In this document: piece by piece, positions 39,571 to 50,241 of the stretch
How positions within the stretch are numbered: position 1 is the stretch's first letter
Layout: the number at the start of each line of letters is the position of its first letter
Assembly: GCA_965215565.1 (NCBI GenBank)
Contig: CBDCDZ010000004.1
Location: 832,001-896,000, forward strand
Direction of reading: 5' to 3'
Source of the DNA: Trueperaceae bacterium
GTDB lineage: Bacteria > Deinococcota > Deinococci > Deinococcales > Trueperaceae
DNA length: 64,000 nucleotides
Program-made: the position numbers and the translations under genes
Notes under the pieces: model-generated
Told to the model about the DNA's origin: nothing
What the model saw: only the letters and a program-made list of their open reading frames with translations
The model's database searches: none

Positions 39571-39604
39571 GAGCAATGAGCCTAAAGACTTTCACTCATT
39601 GCTC
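39571..39604. repeat. Inverted heptamer hairpin repeat (reverse of the 19909 core)
   Basis: GAGCAATGAG-CCTAAAGACTTTCA-CTCATTGCTC. Confidence 0.7.
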
Positions 39605-39739
39605 ACCGTTCGTTCACTACGTGAGGACTTGCGTACACCAGCTCGACTGAATTGCTCGTTCCTCATTGCTCTTTCTTGTAAGACCTTTGTAAGAGCGCGG
39701 CGCTTAGAGTTGGGCATAGCGCCTTTGGAGGTGTGCCCT

Positions 39740-40861
39740 ATGTTTACCCTAGTTCAAGCCGAGCCTGTGCTCGAGACCCGAGACCGCGCCGCGCTCGTCG
39801 TCGAGCTGACCCAACTCGCGCTCGCTGCGCCCGACGTGCCGAGCGCGGTGACGCCCATTTTAGAAACCTTGACGCGCTACACACAGGCGGTAGGCGCGGC
39901 TTACTTTCAGGTGTCGGGTGAGGTGTACGCCGCGCGCGCCGCCTCAGGTGACATGCCGACGGGTCCGGCGATGGACGCGATTCTCGCGCACGGCCTCCCG
40001 GCGGAGACGCCGCTCATGGAAGCTTTGCGCGAGAGCGAGCGTCCGCTTTTCTTCGACGATACGGCGGCGCACCCCGCGGCGGCGGGCTTCCCCGACTTGG
40101 GCGTGAAGAGTTTGGCGGCGGTCCCCGTGCGTGACCGCCAAGGCAAGTTTCTGGGTGCCTTTTTGATGCACACCTTTAAGCGCAGTCCTTGGACGCTGCA
40201 AGAGGCGGACCTCTTCGCCACCGTCGTGGGTGTGCTGACGTCGTTAGCAGCGCGGCTCGTGGCGGAGGAGGAGGCCGTATACGCCCGCGAGAACGCGATT
40301 CACGCGCTCGGGCTGGCGCTGGAATACCGCGACGACGACACCAAAGGGCACACGGACCGCGTCACGGCGCTGGCGCTCGAGACGGCTAAGGAGATGAACC
40401 TGAGTGGCGCGGACTTCAGCGCGCTGCGCTGGGGCGCGTACCTGCACGACATCGGTAAAATCGCTATTCCCGACGCAATTTTGCATAAGCCCGGCAAGCT
40501 CGATGAGGACGAGTGGGACGTCATGAAAACGCACACCAGTGTCGGTCACGCCTTCGCCGACAGGCTGCGCTTCTTGCCGCGAGCGGCGTTAGATGTCGTC
40601 CGTCACCACCATGAGCGCTGGGACGGGCGCGGCTACCCGGCGGGGCTGGCGGGCGAAGCGGTCCCCCTCTTAGCGCGCATCTTTAGCGTCGTGGACGTTT
40701 ACGACGCACTCACCAGCGAGCGCCCCTACAAACGCGCCTGGACGCACAGCGAGGCGATGGCGGAGCTTCACCGCTCGGCGGGCACACAGTTCGATCCGGC
40801 AGTGGTGGCGGCGTTCGCGCGGGCGGTTGAGGGCGAATACGGGGGACGCGAAGCGGCGTAA
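39740..40861 (+). CDS. GAF + HD-GYP cyclic-dinucleotide phosphodiesterase
   Basis: LHDIGK, HHERWDGRGYP; N-terminal GAF-like region; start ATG 39740 after GGAGG. Confidence 0.92.
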   Translation: MFTLVQAEPVLETRDRAALVVELTQLALAAPDVPSAVTPILETLTRYTQAVGAAYFQVSGEVYAARAASGDMPTGPAMDAILAHGLPAETPLMEALRESERPLFFDDTAAHPAAAGFPDLGVKSLAAVPVRDRQGKFLGAFLMHTFKRSPWTLQEADLFATVVGVLTSLAARLVAEEEAVYARENAIHALGLALEYRDDDTKGHTDRVTALALETAKEMNLSGADFSALRWGAYLHDIGKIAIPDAILHKPGKLDEDEWDVMKTHTSVGHAFADRLRFLPRAALDVVRHHHERWDGRGYPAGLAGEAVPLLARIFSVVDVYDALTSERPYKRAWTHSEAMAELHRSAGTQFDPAVVAAFARAVEGEYGGREAA

Positions 40862-40902
40862 ACGCTACAGCTCAGTCAAAAAGTGCTCGGTACACTCAAG
40901 AG

Positions 40903-43128
40903 GTGGACCTGCTCACCGCCGACAACCTCACCTACCGCCTCGGGGGACGCGACTTACTCAGCCGCGTCTCCTTCGCGTTGCGAAGCGGCGAGCGGCTCGG
41001 TCTCGTCGGGCGTAACGGCGCAGGCAAGACGACGCTCCTCAACCTCTTAGCGGGTTCCTTATCACCGGACGAGGGGCGCGTGCTCAGAGCGCCGGGGGTG
41101 CGCTTAGGGTTGCAGCCGCGCTTGACGCAGGGAACCGTTGCGCAGGCGAGGCGACGCGCCTTGGCGCACGTGCGAACGTTGGAAGCCGCCTTGCGCGACG
41201 CGGAGCGGCGGCTCGCCGCGCAAGACGCGGACTTGAATCAGGCACTGGAGGACTACGCCAAACTCACCGAGCACTTCGAGGCGGCGGGCGGCTACGAGGC
41301 GGAGGTCAAGCTCGAGAGGACGCTCGCCCTCTTCGGCTTTAGCCCTGCTGATGACGCCCGGCGCGTCACCACCCTCTCGGGTGGCGAGCGCGCCCGGCTG
41401 AGCCTCGCGCTCGCGCTTACGGACCAGCCGGGTGTGCTCCTCTTAGACGAGCCGAGCAGCCACCTCGACCTCGGCACGCGCCGGGCGCTAGCCGGTAGGC
41501 TCAGCGCCTATCCGGGCGCGCTGCTCTTCGCGTCGCACGACCGGGCGCTCCTAGACGCGGTCTGCACGCACATCGGGCACCTTCATTCCAGTCAGTTCAC
41601 CCGCTATAAGGGAACGTACGGGAGCTTCAAACAGACCCAGGGTCTCGCCGTGCACACCGCGCAAAAACGTGCCCGCGCACGTGACAAAGAGGTGGCGGCG
41701 CTCACCACCTCGGCGGCGCGGCTGCGCAGTTGGGGCACGCCCAATGCCGCGCGGCAGCGCCGTGCGGTTGAGAAGAGGTTGGAACGGCTCCACAAGGAGC
41801 CCGCTGCGCCGCCGCGAGAGGACGCGCCCGGCGCTTTCCCCCTCGAGGCCCGCAAGACAAAAGGCGTGCTGCTCGAGGCAACGCACCTCAGCAAGCGTTA
41901 TGAAGCGGTTGTACCCGAAGAGGTCAGCTCTGGAGAAGTCAGTGCTGAAGAGGTCCATACCGAAGAGATCAGGCTCGAGAGGACGATCCTTAGGGACGCC
42001 GCCTTGCGCGTCTACGCGGGCGACAAAATCGCGCTTGTCGGACCTAACGGCGCGGGCAAATCCGCCCTTTTGAAGCTGCTCACAGGCGAGTTGGCGTCGG
42101 ACCACCCCGAAGGGGCGCTCGGCTTCGGCAAGGGGACCAGAGTCACCGTCTTTGACCAGGACACGCGCGGGCTGGCGGCGGACACGCCGCTACTAGACCA
42201 GCTTGAACGCTACGTCTCCGAGCCCAGAGCGCGGATGCTGCTCGCCCTCGTCGGGCTGGAAGGCGAGGCGGACGCCCGCCCTGAAGAACTTTCCGAGGGG
42301 CAAAAGGCGCGCGCGGGCGTCGCCCTCGTCGCCTCCAGCGAGGCGAATCTGCTCATTTTGGACGAGCCGACGGAGAACCTGGACATCGAGACCACCGAGC
42401 GCTTAGAGAGCGCCTTGGAAGACACCGACGCCGCCTTCGTCCTCGTTTCGCACGACGCCGCCTTAGTCGAGCGCGTCGCGACGCGGGTGCTGAGCCTAGA
42501 GGCGGGCGAGTTGAAGGAATTTCGCGGGGGCTTACAGGGGTATTTCAGAGGGACGCTGCGGCTCGAGCCCGATCTGCCCGCCTTTCAAAGTGAGCCAGTA
42601 GAGAAAGAAAGTACCGAGGAGAAACTCGAGCGCTTGGAACTCGAGCGGCTCGAGCTGGATGAGGTGCGCCTCGACTCATACCGCCTGAGCGAACGCGAGC
42701 GCGTGCGTTTAGAGCGGCGCTACGCGGACCTCTTGGACGACCTCTTCGCCCTCTACGAAACGCGGCATTTCGCCTTCGCACCTCTTCACGAAACGCGCGA
42801 AGGTGCGGTTCGGGTCAGCGTAGAGTGCGCCGAGCGCGGCTACCTCTTCACGTCCAATGCAGGGCTAAACGTGCGGCTTTTGGGTCAGGACACGCCTCGG
42901 CTCGGGCACCTCGCCGTTCTCCAAACCGACGGGCGGTGCACGCTTCCTTGGGCTAGGGACGCGGCGCTGAGGCTCATTGTCCGACTCGCGTTCGAGCATC
43001 TAGGGTTTCAGGCGCTGCAAGTTCAGTCGGAGGACGACTTGAGCGCCGCGGGCTTCGAGGACTCCGGCGGCGACTGGTGGGTGCTGAGCAGGTCACGTTA
43101 CGAGGTGGCGCAGGGGTACGTGCGCTAA
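40903..43128 (+). CDS. ABC-F family ATPase with a C-terminal extension
   Basis: Two NBDs (GRNGAGKT/LSGGE/LDEP; GPNGAGKS/LSEGQ/LDEPT), no TM. Confidence 0.88.
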   Translation: MDLLTADNLTYRLGGRDLLSRVSFALRSGERLGLVGRNGAGKTTLLNLLAGSLSPDEGRVLRAPGVRLGLQPRLTQGTVAQARRRALAHVRTLEAALRDAERRLAAQDADLNQALEDYAKLTEHFEAAGGYEAEVKLERTLALFGFSPADDARRVTTLSGGERARLSLALALTDQPGVLLLDEPSSHLDLGTRRALAGRLSAYPGALLFASHDRALLDAVCTHIGHLHSSQFTRYKGTYGSFKQTQGLAVHTAQKRARARDKEVAALTTSAARLRSWGTPNAARQRRAVEKRLERLHKEPAAPPREDAPGAFPLEARKTKGVLLEATHLSKRYEAVVPEEVSSGEVSAEEVHTEEIRLERTILRDAALRVYAGDKIALVGPNGAGKSALLKLLTGELASDHPEGALGFGKGTRVTVFDQDTRGLAADTPLLDQLERYVSEPRARMLLALVGLEGEADARPEELSEGQKARAGVALVASSEANLLILDEPTENLDIETTERLESALEDTDAAFVLVSHDAALVERVATRVLSLEAGELKEFRGGLQGYFRGTLRLEPDLPAFQSEPVEKESTEEKLERLELERLELDEVRLDSYRLSERERVRLERRYADLLDDLFALYETRHFAFAPLHETREGAVRVSVECAERGYLFTSNAGLNVRLLGQDTPRLGHLAVLQTDGRCTLPWARDAALRLIVRLAFEHLGFQALQVQSEDDLSAAGFEDSGGDWWVLSRSRYEVAQGYVR

Positions 43129-43478
43129 AGCGCTCCCTTCGCGCCGCGCTATTCTCATCCGAAAAAACGGGGTCTGTGCTACACTCTCGCTGTAGCTTTT
43201 TTACGTCAATATTGATGCGCTTACCTTGTAGCGCGTTGACCTAATGGTGCGTTGACCTAGAAGCTCGAGAGGAGGCAGGCGATGGTTCTATCAATCACAT
43301 TGATGACCCCCAAAGACGTATTCGTATCGTCTTCTCCCCTGACCTTTGGTCTCGAGTAAAGCTGCGTTTACCCTTCACAATTTAGCTGTTCAAGAGCGTC
43401 CCACAGCAACACCGTTGCGCGTGACTTCTCGACTCCCTTGCGCGGAAGAAGCTCGAGAAAGCCGATCAAGAGAAGTAG

Positions 43479-43602
43479 TAATGGCTTTATCTGGAATGAC
43501 GCTGATGTTGAAGCAAGGGGTTTCAACCCCTTGCCCACCCTCTTTTTCACCCCGCAGAGATAGTAGAGGGAGCACACGGCAGCCTTCGGTTCAGAACCAT
43601 TG
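43479..43602 (+). repeat. MITE-like repeat family B, copy 1
   Basis: Homologous to 53352-53463; internal hairpin CAAGGGGTTTCAACCCCTTG. Confidence 0.75.
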
Positions 43603-43692
43603 CCAGAAAGGCAATGGAGAGAACCTCTTCTCTATTCTGCCTTCTCCCGCCGCTCTTCCCACACTCGTTCCATTCATCCCCCGGAGGATGTT

Positions 43693-44673
43693 ATGACCCT
43701 TACCCGCCCTGAGCTTACCGTACGCCCCTACACCGAGGGCGACTTCGAACGCATCGCCGCGTTTCACAACCTCGTCGAGCCCGACTACCCCACGACGGTG
43801 GGCGAGTTGCGCCGCAACGACAGCCTCCGTGACCCCAAGCTCGACTACAACCTCTTCCTTGCGGAGCGTGGCGGTACGCTCATCGGGACGGCGCGGCACA
43901 CACAGGCGTCCGGCTTGTACCACCCGCAGAAGTTCTACCTGAGCGTCCACGTCCACCCGGCGCACCGCGGTCAAGGGCTCGGCAGCCGCTTATACGAACA
44001 CCTCTTGGACGCGCTGGGACCCTTTAACCCTATCCTCTTGCGCGGCTCCGCCAGAGAGGACCGCCCCGACGCCGTGCGCTTTTGGCAAACGAGAGCCTTT
44101 GTGGAGGAGGACCGCTACTGGGAGTCGCGCTTCAATCCGCAGACCTTCGATCCCGCGCCGTACGCGCACTTGGACGAAACGATGCGTAAGCTCGGCGTGA
44201 GCCTTCAGCCGCTCAGCACGCTCATGGACGCTCATCCCGACTACCGCCGTATCCTCTACGACCTCGACTGGGAAATCACCCAGGACGAACCCCTGCCCGA
44301 AGCGCCCACGCGCAAGGACTTCGAGGTTTACGAGAGATACTTTGGCACGCCCGAATTCATACCGGACGCGCTGCACGTCGCGCTCTACGGGGGCGCGTGG
44401 CGCGGCTTCAGCGAACTCGGCGGCTCGGAGGGCGACACGAAAGGTCTCTACAACGGCTTCACGGCGGTGGGCGCGGAGTTGCGCGGGAAGGGCGTGGCGA
44501 CGGCGCTCAAGGTCAAGAACCTCATCTGGGCGAAGGAGCGGGGCTACACCGAGATCAAAACTTGGAACAACGCCCTCAACGCGCCGATGCTCGCGGTCAA
44601 CACCAAACTCGGCTTCGTGCGACAGCCTGCGGAGATCAACTTCAAAAAGGTGATGAAAGAGGGGCGCGCGTGA
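43693..44673 (+). CDS. Tandem GNAT acetyltransferase
   Basis: VHPAHRGQGLG and LRGKGVATALK; start ATG 43693 after GGAGG. Confidence 0.9.
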   Translation: MTLTRPELTVRPYTEGDFERIAAFHNLVEPDYPTTVGELRRNDSLRDPKLDYNLFLAERGGTLIGTARHTQASGLYHPQKFYLSVHVHPAHRGQGLGSRLYEHLLDALGPFNPILLRGSAREDRPDAVRFWQTRAFVEEDRYWESRFNPQTFDPAPYAHLDETMRKLGVSLQPLSTLMDAHPDYRRILYDLDWEITQDEPLPEAPTRKDFEVYERYFGTPEFIPDALHVALYGGAWRGFSELGGSEGDTKGLYNGFTAVGAELRGKGVATALKVKNLIWAKERGYTEIKTWNNALNAPMLAVNTKLGFVRQPAEINFKKVMKEGRA

Positions 44674-44748
44674 GCGCGGGGAAGATTCGCGAACGGTTTT
44701 CCCTACGAGATGATGTCGCTTCACAACTATGCGGATATCAGATGAGGT

Positions 44749-44777
44749 GTAGAGGTGGGTTTGAAACCCACCTCTAC
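44749..44777. repeat. GTAG-type REP-like palindrome
   Basis: GTAGAGGTGGGTTT-G-AAACCCACCTCTAC. Confidence 0.75.
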
Positions 44778-44845
44778 CTGTACGCAGAATTTCTCTGGCT
44801 AGAGGTTGGGGAGAAGCTCGAGCCTCATCACGAAAACCTAGAGCG

Positions 44846-46288
44846 TCAGGTACGAAAGCTCCGGTAACGCTCCAACGCTTCGCGGTAGCGCTCCCCCGCT
44901 CGAGGCTCAAACCGCGCCGCCACCTCGGTCTCCCCTACCCCAAACGCGGACGCGACTTGCTCCGTGCCCTGCAACGCCAACAGCGCCGCGCCGTACGCCG
45001 CGCCCCTATTCTGCGCAGGCTTGACGAGTGGCAGGTCCAGCACGTCCGCCACCATCTGCAACCAGAAGTCGGACTGCGCGCCGCCACCCGTCACGAGGGC
45101 TTCGCCGAGCGGTGTGGGCGGCGACATCGCGCCGAGCGCATCTTTCAGGCTGAACGCGACGCCCTCGAGCACCGCGCGCACGGCGTCCGCTTGCGTCGTC
45201 GCCAAGCTGAGCCCCCGCCAAGAGCCGCGCAGCGCCGGGTCCATGTGCGGCGTGCGTTCGCCCGCCAAGTAAGGCTTAAAGGTCACGCCGTTCGCGCCGG
45301 GTTCGCTCTCCTGCGCGAGTTGCGTCAATTCGCTGAAACTTTTCTCCGGGGCGAACGTGCGCTGATACCAGTCCAGGCTGCCCGCCGCCGCAAGCGTCAC
45401 GCCCAAGAGGTTGTAGCCGCCGTCAGCGTGGCAGAAGAGGTGGACGCGCCCCTCGGGGTCGGGATGCGGAGTCTCGAGCGGCGCGAAGAGGACGCCCGAA
45501 GTGCCCAGGCTCACGCTGCCGCGCCGCAAGTTCTGGCTGCCGAGCCCGAGCCCCGTCGCCGCCGCCGCGTTGTCGCCTGCGCCTGCGACAACGGGCAAGC
45601 CTGCGCGCAAACCCGTCTCATCGGCCACCTCTTTCTTGAGCTTGCCGATAATCTCGTGCGAGGCGACGAGGCCGGGGAAGAGTTCGGCAGAGAGGTCTAA
45701 GGCGCTCAAGACCTCTTCGTCCCAAGTCTTAGACACCAGGTGAAAGCAGTTCGTTCCCGAGGCGTCGGTGGGCTCCGCCGCCATCTCCCCGGTCAGAACG
45801 TAGCCGAGGTAGTCCTTGGGCAAGAGCACGTGCGCCGTCCTCGCGAAGTTCTCCGGCTCCTCTCGCCGCAGCCAGACGAGCTTAGAGAGTTGAAAGCCCG
45901 TGACCGCCGGATTACCCGTGCGCCGGATGAGGGTGTCGCGGGAGACCTTCGCCTCGATCTCCTCGACTGCCGCGAGCGTGCGCTGATCGTTCCAGAGGAG
46001 GGCGGGGCGCACTACCTCGCCACGCTTATCCAAAGGGACCATGCCGTGCATCTGACCCGACAGCCCGAGCACGGTGACGTCGTGGTTGGTCAGCTTCTCG
46101 GCAACCTCGCGCAGGGCGCTGAGCGTTTCCGCCACCCAGTCGCTCGGGCGCTGCTCCGTCCAGCCCGGCTCGGGCGTCAGCAGGGGATAACTCGCCGCAG
46201 CTTCCGCTAAGAGGTTGCCCGCGCTGTCTACTGCCACCACGCGCACGCCGCTCGTGCCGCTGTCCAGCCCTAGTACGACTTGCGCCAT
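44846..46288 (-). CDS. xylB: Xylulokinase
   Basis: GLDSGTS, SGQMHG, WNDQR, GAGDNAA, SLGTSG, GERTPH. Confidence 0.93.
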   Translation of the reverse strand: MAQVVLGLDSGTSGVRVVAVDSAGNLLAEAAASYPLLTPEPGWTEQRPSDWVAETLSALREVAEKLTNHDVTVLGLSGQMHGMVPLDKRGEVVRPALLWNDQRTLAAVEEIEAKVSRDTLIRRTGNPAVTGFQLSKLVWLRREEPENFARTAHVLLPKDYLGYVLTGEMAAEPTDASGTNCFHLVSKTWDEEVLSALDLSAELFPGLVASHEIIGKLKKEVADETGLRAGLPVVAGAGDNAAAATGLGLGSQNLRRGSVSLGTSGVLFAPLETPHPDPEGRVHLFCHADGGYNLLGVTLAAAGSLDWYQRTFAPEKSFSELTQLAQESEPGANGVTFKPYLAGERTPHMDPALRGSWRGLSLATTQADAVRAVLEGVAFSLKDALGAMSPPTPLGEALVTGGGAQSDFWLQMVADVLDLPLVKPAQNRGAAYGAALLALQGTEQVASAFGVGETEVAARFEPRAGERYREALERYRSFRT

Positions 46289-46468
46289 CAGCGCCTCTCC
46301 ACGAGGGGCCCCAGCCCTACAACATTCACCCCGTCACGCGCCAACACCACACGCACCTCTTCGTTTTCGCTAGAGCGTTGCGCGTTCTCTTTTTTGCTCG
46401 AGGTGTACATGAACCCCTCCAAACAGAGATGGACCCTATCTTTGAGACAGACACCCATTAGATTCTAA

Positions 46469-46600
46469 TAGCAGTTCCACTTATCGTTGCTTGGACGAAG
46501 TCATGCGAAGCAACACTTCTCCGCAGATATCATCTCTAAAAGTGCGTGCTAGGCGATGTTCTTTTTAGTGAGAGTGTAGCTGACCAGATGATACCTGCTA
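46469..46600 (-). repeat. MITE-like repeat family A, copy 2
   Basis: TAGCAGTTCC...CCAGATGATACCTGCTA. Confidence 0.75.
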
Positions 46601-46755
46601 TAAGTGTACTCACGAGCAAGGTCTAGGTGTCAAGGCTGCCGCCTCAGGTATGCGCGGGGTCGGTAGACGAAAAGCGCGCAGCAGCGTTCGGCTTAGAAAC
46701 ATTACCAGTCGTTTAACGATAACGTTTTACAGTGGAACTGTTCAAGGAGGAAGAC

Positions 46756-47556
46756 ATGGCAACCCAGACCGCAAGCCCCAGCGCCCTCAGCCCCGCTGTC
46801 AAGCGGCAGATCACCAACATCTTCGCGTTGGGCACCGTTTTGACCATCAACGCGCTCGCTAACATCTTGCCTATCAACGGAGTCACCACGGGAGAGGTCT
46901 CCGACACCTTTCCGAGCCTCTTTACACCGGCGGGCTACGTCTTCAGCATCTGGGGGCTCATCTACACGCTGCTCCTCGTCTTTATCGTCTACCAGGCGCT
47001 CCCATCGCAAAAGGATAACCCGCGCTTGGAGCGGCTCGGTTACTGGTTTGCGCTCAGTTGCGCGTTCAACGTCTCCTGGTTGCTCGCCTGGCACTACAGC
47101 GCGATAGGGTTGTCTCAACTCCTGATGTTCGGGATACTCGGTTCTCTAATTGTGTGTTACCTGCGTTTAGGCGTCGGTGAGAGCGAGGTTTCACGCGCGG
47201 AGAGCTTAGCGGTTCGCCTGCCCTTTAGCGTCTATCTAGGCTGGATTACCGTCGCCACGGTAGCGAACACCTCGGTGACGCTCCTCGACTACGGGGTGAC
47301 GGGCGGCTGGCTCGCGCCTTTCTGGACGGTAGTTGCAATTGCTGCCGCTGTCTGCGTCGGCTATCTCATGCTGAGAAACAAGCGCGACGTTGCCTTTAAC
47401 CTCGTGTTGGTGTGGGCGTTCGCGGGCATCGCCGCGAAGCAGTGGGGGGCGGAACTCCTCGTCGTCGTCGGGGCGCTCGTGGCGGCGGCGGTCGTGGTGT
47501 ACCTCATCGCTCAGAGCTTACGTAGGCGTGAGTTGTTCGCAGTCGGCAGTTCGTAG
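46756..47556 (+). CDS. TspO/tryptophan-rich sensory-like membrane protein
   Basis: TPAGYVFSIWGLIY, PFSVYLGWITVAT; RBS AAGGAGG. Confidence 0.82.
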   Translation: MATQTASPSALSPAVKRQITNIFALGTVLTINALANILPINGVTTGEVSDTFPSLFTPAGYVFSIWGLIYTLLLVFIVYQALPSQKDNPRLERLGYWFALSCAFNVSWLLAWHYSAIGLSQLLMFGILGSLIVCYLRLGVGESEVSRAESLAVRLPFSVYLGWITVATVANTSVTLLDYGVTGGWLAPFWTVVAIAAAVCVGYLMLRNKRDVAFNLVLVWAFAGIAAKQWGAELLVVVGALVAAAVVVYLIAQSLRRRELFAVGSS

Positions 47557-47586
47557 TCGGCGCGCCGTGAATCAGAAGTTGGGTGA

Positions 47587-47637
47587 GAGGTGGATGCTCG
47601 AGAGCGTTGCGTGGTACCACTCTCGAGCATCCACCTC
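47587..47637. terminator. 18-bp stem between convergent genes
   Basis: GAGGTGGATGCTCGAGAG...CTCTCGAGCATCCACCTC. Confidence 0.6.
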
Positions 47638-47642
47638 CACCC

Positions 47643-49328
47643 CTACGCAGGGACGGTCCGACGAGCGTGGACCGTAGCGGACGTGGACGAGGCTTTGAAC
47701 GTGTACACCTGCCGTAAGTAGCGCATGAGCGCAGCAGGCTCACTCAGCGCTCCCCGGTAGCCGATGTGACCGTCAGGGCGGATGAGAAAGACGGTGGGCG
47801 CTTTCACGTCGTACGCTTCATGGAGCGCGACGTTGTCGGCGTAAACTTTGACGGGCTTCGGGTCTATACGCACGCGCGAAGAGACGGTTTCTACCTCTCG
47901 AACGCGGCTTTCGAAATCTGCGTCAGACCTCTTCCCCTCGAAGAAGAGAAGATGATGCTCAACCCCTTTGAGCAGCGAGAAGATGCTCTCGCCCGCGTGG
48001 TCTCCCCCGTCAAAGTGCGCGTAAGGCGCGCGGTCTCCCGGTCGCGCCCTCCTCGCCCCGCTATCGCCGTCCACCACCGGGCTCTTGCGGTAATTTATCC
48101 AGGTCTGCGAAAGAAGCTTGAAGACGCCTTTGCCGAGGCTTTCACGTGAGGCGAGGCTCGTCAGACGCGGCAAGAGGGTGCTGCGCAAGAGGTGTAAGAA
48201 GAGGTTCGGCGAGCCGATGAAAGAGAAGCCCTTGTCCGAGCCGTTCAGCACCATCTTGGCAACGGGGATGCGCTCGCTCTCGTAGCTCGTTAGGAGCGCC
48301 TCGTCCGCTTGACCTTTCACGACGAGCGCGAGCTTCCACGCCACATTCCAAGCGTCCTGAATGCCTGTATTCATCCCCTGTCCCCCTGCTGGAGAATGGA
48401 TGTGCGCCGCGTCGCCTGCTAAAAAGATGCGCCCAGCGCGGAACTCCTGGGTCATGCGGCGGTGGATGCGGTACTTCGAGACCCAGCGCGTGTGGTTGAT
48501 GTTCGCTTTAACAACGCTGTGCTCGTCCAAGAGGTTTTGAATGTCGTCGTCCGTAATCTCCCTGTCCTCCCAGGCTTTGGGGATACGCCCGATGATGCGG
48601 TACTGGCTCTCGCTGTAGCCGTCCCCGCGCATCGGGAAGAAGGTGAGCATTCCCTGGCGCGGCACCTGCGCGTAGAACTTGTCGCGGTCCAAAGACCAGG
48701 TCATGTCCACGTCGGCGACGAACAAGGGGTCCGCGTAGGTTGCGCCGCCAAACTCCAAGCCCAACGTCTTGCGCACAAAGCTGCTCGCGCCGTCCGCCGC
48801 GATGAGGTAGCGGGCGCGCACAAGCTCCCGCGCGCCGTCATCGAAGCGCAAGGTGACGGCGACGCCCTCCGAGGTCTGCCCTAAGCTCACCACCGACGTG
48901 CTGCGCTCGACACCGTAGGCTCCGTTAGGTCCGGCGTGCTGCTCCAAGTCGTCTAAGAGCATCTTCTCGGTTTTATTCTGTTCGTGGATGAGCAAGTACG
49001 GATAAGGCGAGACCTCTTTGCCATCGCGTCCTAGTGCCATGAAGGGCTTGCCCCCTTTCTCGAGCGTCCCTTTCGTGATGAGGTTCAGCGCACGGAGGGC
49101 TTGCCCGCGCTCGACTGCGCCCTCCGCCATGCCCAGCTTGTCCCACAGCTCAAGCGTGCGCGCTTGCACACCCAACGCTTTGGACTTCTGCGCAGGGCGC
49201 TCATTCTTATCAACGATGCGGAAGTTCACACCGTAGCGGGCTAAGAGCGTGGCGGCGGTGAGCCCGGTGGGTCCGGCTCCGACGATGAGAACGTCTGTGG
49301 TACTGGCGGGTGTTTTCTGCATATTCAT
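47643..49328 (-). CDS. FAD-dependent monooxygenase (PheA/TfdB-like)
   Basis: VGAGPTG, ADGASS, GDAAHIHSPAGGQGMNTG, LIRPDGHI. Confidence 0.92.
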   Translation of the reverse strand: MNMQKTPASTTDVLIVGAGPTGLTAATLLARYGVNFRIVDKNERPAQKSKALGVQARTLELWDKLGMAEGAVERGQALRALNLITKGTLEKGGKPFMALGRDGKEVSPYPYLLIHEQNKTEKMLLDDLEQHAGPNGAYGVERSTSVVSLGQTSEGVAVTLRFDDGARELVRARYLIAADGASSFVRKTLGLEFGGATYADPLFVADVDMTWSLDRDKFYAQVPRQGMLTFFPMRGDGYSESQYRIIGRIPKAWEDREITDDDIQNLLDEHSVVKANINHTRWVSKYRIHRRMTQEFRAGRIFLAGDAAHIHSPAGGQGMNTGIQDAWNVAWKLALVVKGQADEALLTSYESERIPVAKMVLNGSDKGFSFIGSPNLFLHLLRSTLLPRLTSLASRESLGKGVFKLLSQTWINYRKSPVVDGDSGARRARPGDRAPYAHFDGGDHAGESIFSLLKGVEHHLLFFEGKRSDADFESRVREVETVSSRVRIDPKPVKVYADNVALHEAYDVKAPTVFLIRPDGHIGYRGALSEPAALMRYLRQVYTFKASSTSATVHARRTVPA

Positions 49329-49450
49329 CTTCTATCTCCTAGTTCTTTGACATCTGTCTACTAACAGACGTATGTTAAATTAGAGCGCAGGAGACGGTAT
49401 CGTCAAGTACAGATGGAGCGAAATGTCTGGTTTTGGACAGAAAGGAACGT

Positions 49451-50053
49451 ATGTCTAAGCCGGCGGGAAAGAAAGTGGACAGGCGCACGCGGCGTTCACA
49501 GAAGCGGCTCTTCGAGGCGCTGATGGCGCTTATCCTCGAGAAACCCTACGAGAATATCACCGTTTCCGAAATCGCGGAGAAAGCGGACGTGGCGCGGGCG
49601 ACGTTCTACTTGCACTTTGACGACAAGGACGCGCTGCTACTCAGTTCGCTCGACGCGCTTTTCGAAACGATCGTCGAAGAGGTCAGGGGGTTCTCTCAGC
49701 GCGATTTGGTGGGCGGCGCGGCGCACCCCGCGCTCGTCGTTTTCGACGTGGTGCAGCGTGATCCGGCGCTCTTTCGCGTCATCTTAAAGGGGCAAGGCAG
49801 CAGCCTGATGTTAGAACGTTTGCGCTACTACGCCTCGCAAGTTGCGCACCAAGCGGTGGCAAACATGGGCGTCACGCCGTCCGTGCCGCCGCGCATCATC
49901 GCGGACTTCATGGCGGGCGCGATGCTCTCGGTGATCTCCGGCTGGCTCGAGGACGACATGAAAACGCCACCGGGTGAGATGGCGCAGATGTTTTATAGCC
50001 TGGTGAGACCGGGCATTATGGGGGCGCTGTCGCTCGGTAAAGTGAAGGCGTAG
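49451..50053 (+). CDS. TetR/AcrR family regulator
   Basis: TVSEIAEKADVARATFYLHF; divergent from the monooxygenase, with a GACATCTGTC palindrome in the intergenic region. Confidence 0.93.
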   Translation: MSKPAGKKVDRRTRRSQKRLFEALMALILEKPYENITVSEIAEKADVARATFYLHFDDKDALLLSSLDALFETIVEEVRGFSQRDLVGGAAHPALVVFDVVQRDPALFRVILKGQGSSLMLERLRYYASQVAHQAVANMGVTPSVPPRIIADFMAGAMLSVISGWLEDDMKTPPGEMAQMFYSLVRPGIMGALSLGKVKA

Positions 50054-50241
50054 GAGGTCAGCACAAACCTGCCATAAGCGACGTGAATTCCGGTGATTAC
50101 AGAACCCGCACCACTACCCGCTTCACCTTTAGGGGCGGCGAGCTTCCAAGCGAGGTTGAGCGCGTCGCCAATGTTCAGCCCCTGCCCCGCTGCGAGTGGA
50201 CATGACGGCTGTCGCCCGCCACACGCTCTTTGCGGAGCGCC

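Noticed and set aside
43230..43478. Possible small gene between ABC-F and repeat B
   Set aside because: Frames are short or stop-interrupted, with no recognisable motif
46288..46457. Short ORF coupled to the xylB start, possibly an xylA remnant
   Set aside because: The translation shows no xylose isomerase motif and is too short to call
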